63,682 nucleotides of DNA. Source: Lama glama (taxonomy: Eukaryota). Positions 61,500 through 63,682 of the stretch are shown in pieces. Location of the stretch: the NCBI GenBank assembly GCA_028534125.1, contig CM052817.1:107448319-107512000 (forward strand). The letters are read 5' to 3'. The notes below the pieces were generated by a model that saw only the letters and a list, made by a program, of their open reading frames with translations, made no database searches and had not been told where the DNA came from. The translations under genes were made by a program, and so were the position numbers. Position 1 is the stretch's first letter. The number at the start of each line of letters is the position of its first letter.

Positions 61500-63595
61500 G
61501 ATTTTATTTTTAGGGCAGTTTTAGATTCAGCTAAACTAAAAAGAAGGTGCAGAGATTTCCCATATGCTCTGTGCCCTCCCTCCCCACACACATGCACACG
61601 CGAAGCTTCCCCCATTATCAATACCTCTCACCAGGTGATACATTTGTTACAGCTGATAAACCTACATTGAAACATATTATCACCCAGATTCCACAGTTTA
61701 TGTTATAGCTCACTCTTAGTGTTACATGTTCTATGGGTTTGGACATATATATGTATATATTACATATCCATCACTATAGTGTCCTACATATGGTATCATA
61801 CAGGGCGTATCATGCCCTAAAAATCCTCTGTGCATCCCCTCACTGCCCCTTAACTCCTGGCAACAACTGATCTTTTTATTGCATCCAGTTTTGTCTTTTA
61901 CAGAATGTTATATAGTTTTAATTATATGGTATATAGCTTTATCAGATGACTTATTTCACTGAGTGATATGCCTGAAGTTTCCTCCATGTCTTTTCATGGC
62001 TTGATAGATTATTTCCTTTTAGCACCGAATAATATTCCATTGTCTGGTTATATAACACAGTTTATGTATCCATTCACCTACTGGGGCGCATCTTGGTTGC
62101 TTCCAAGTTTTGGCATTGAATAATGAAGCTGCAGTAAACACCCAGGTGCAGATTTTTGTATGGACATAAGTTTTCAATTCCTTGGATAAACGCCAAGAAG
62201 CACAATTGCTGGATGGCATGTTAAGAGTATGCTTTGTTTCGTAATAAACTAGCAAACTGCCTCCCAGAGTGGCTGCACCATCTTACATTCCCGTCAGCAA
62301 TGGCTGAGAGTTCCTGTTGCTCCGCATCCTCACTAGCATTTGGTGTTGTCAGTGTTCTGGATTTTGACCCCGCTAGTAAGTGTGTAGCAGTATCTCATTG
62401 TTTTAATTTGCATTTCCTGGTGACAGAGGATGTAAAGCATCTTCTCATGTAATTATTTGCCATGTGTATATCTTCTTTGGCGAAGTGTTTGTTAAGGTGC
62501 TTGGCCCACTTTTAAATTGGTTGTTTGTTTTCTAAAGTTTTAAGAATTCTTTGTATATTTTTGGATCATGGTCCTTTATCAGCTGAGTCCTTCGCAAATA
62601 TTTTCTCTCAGTCTGTGGCTCGTCTTGCAATTCTCTTGACATTGTCTTTTGCAAAGCAGAAGTTTTAAATTTTAATGAAGACTAGCGTATCAATGATTTC
62701 TTTCATGAATCATGTCTTTGGTGCTGTATATGGTCATCTAGGTTTTCTCCTACGTCATGTTCTAGGACTCTTATAGTTCTGCATTTTACATTGAGATCTA
62801 TGGTCTATTTTGAGTTAATTTTCATGAGGAGTGTAAGGTCTGTGTCTGGATCCTCTTTTTTTTTGCATTTGGATGTTTATTTGTTCCAGCACCGTTTGTT
62901 GAAGAGGCTATCTTTGTTGCATCGCATTGCCTTTGTGCCTTTTTCAAAGATCAGTTGACTATATATGTTAGAGTCTGTTTCTCTTCTGTTCCACTGATCT
63001 GTTTGTTCTTTCACTAATACCATGTTGTCTTGATTATGCAGCTTTATAGTAAGTATGGAAATTGGGAAGTGTCGGTCCTCCGATTTTGTTCTTCTCCAAT
63101 ATTGTGTTGGCTATTTTGGGTCTTTTGCTTTTCCATACAAACTTAAGAATCAACTTGTCTGTATCCAGGCATTTTGATCAAGATTGCACTGTACCTAGAG
63201 ATCAAGTTGGGAAGAGCAGATGTTTTGACAATATTGAGTCTTCCTTTGTATGAACATGGACTATATCTCCATTTATTTAGTTCTCCTTTGATTTCATTCA
63301 CCAGTCTTATAGTTTTCCTCATATAAATCTTGAACACACTTTGTTAGATTTAAACTGACATATTTCATTTCTTGGGTGCTAATTAAATGGTATTGTGTTT
63401 CTAATTTCAAATTTCACTTGTTCATTGTTGGCATATAAGGGAAACAATGGACTTTTCTGTATTAAGCTTGTATCCTGCAACTTTGCTATAATTGCTTATT
63501 AGTTCCAGGGGTTACTTTGTTGATTCTTTTCGAATTTTCTACATACAGGATCATGTCAGCTGTGAACAAAGACAGTTTTTATGTCTTCCTTTCCC
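61500..63595 (-). mobile_element. ~2-kb old L1 (L1MB/MC-type) ORF2 C-terminus + 3'UTR
   Basis: Continuous degenerate L1. ORFs 62019-62255 (TWVFTAASLFNAKTWKQPRC) and 63143-63337 ([22 protein letters not shown]) are L1 ORF2-like. Confidence 0.9.
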
Positions 63596-63682
63596 GTCAG
63601 TAATCAGTAACAAGAACACTCAATATTATCTTCATTTCCCAGCTCAGGAAACTGAAGCACAGGGACATCATGTGATCGGCAT

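Noticed and set aside
1..63682. CRISPR arrays, operons, prophage or other prokaryotic systems; processed pseudogenes
   Set aside because: The sequence is mammalian intron/intergenic DNA. I recognised no repeat-spacer array, intact long ORF or intronless gene copy.

Overview
Mammalian genomic DNA, most likely camelid (alpaca/vicuna/camel), judged from three tRNA-Ala-derived vic-1-type SINEs, artiodactyl-type L1 3' ends and no recognisable Alu, BovB/Bov-tA or PRE-1. The only supportable protein-coding gene is the 5' end of RXFP1 (relaxin receptor, LGR7) on the minus strand. Coding exon 1 is 28075-28027 (MPSGPVFFYILILGKY), intron 1 is about 25.5 kb, and exon 2 is 2518-2381 (end of the signal peptide plus the complete LDLa module). 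The gene continues off the left edge. The remaining ~35 kb is upstream intergenic sequence. The window is rich in L1 3' fragments, L2/MIR, MaLR/ERV LTRs, MER DNA transposons and microsatellites, and has two 500-N gaps. I found no convincing wholly new biological system. The most notable signals are: (i) sharp GC/CpG spikes in which old repeats and the LDLa exon show one-directional A/T->G/C changes, as expected from GC-biased gene conversion; (ii) a strong-Kozak uORF in the RXFP1 leader; (iii) a possible route to a secreted LDLa-only isoform; (iv) a telomere-variant repeat inside a CpG-rich island; (v) several informative retrotransposon structures. Repeat family names and boundaries are from recalled consensus sequences and are approximate.
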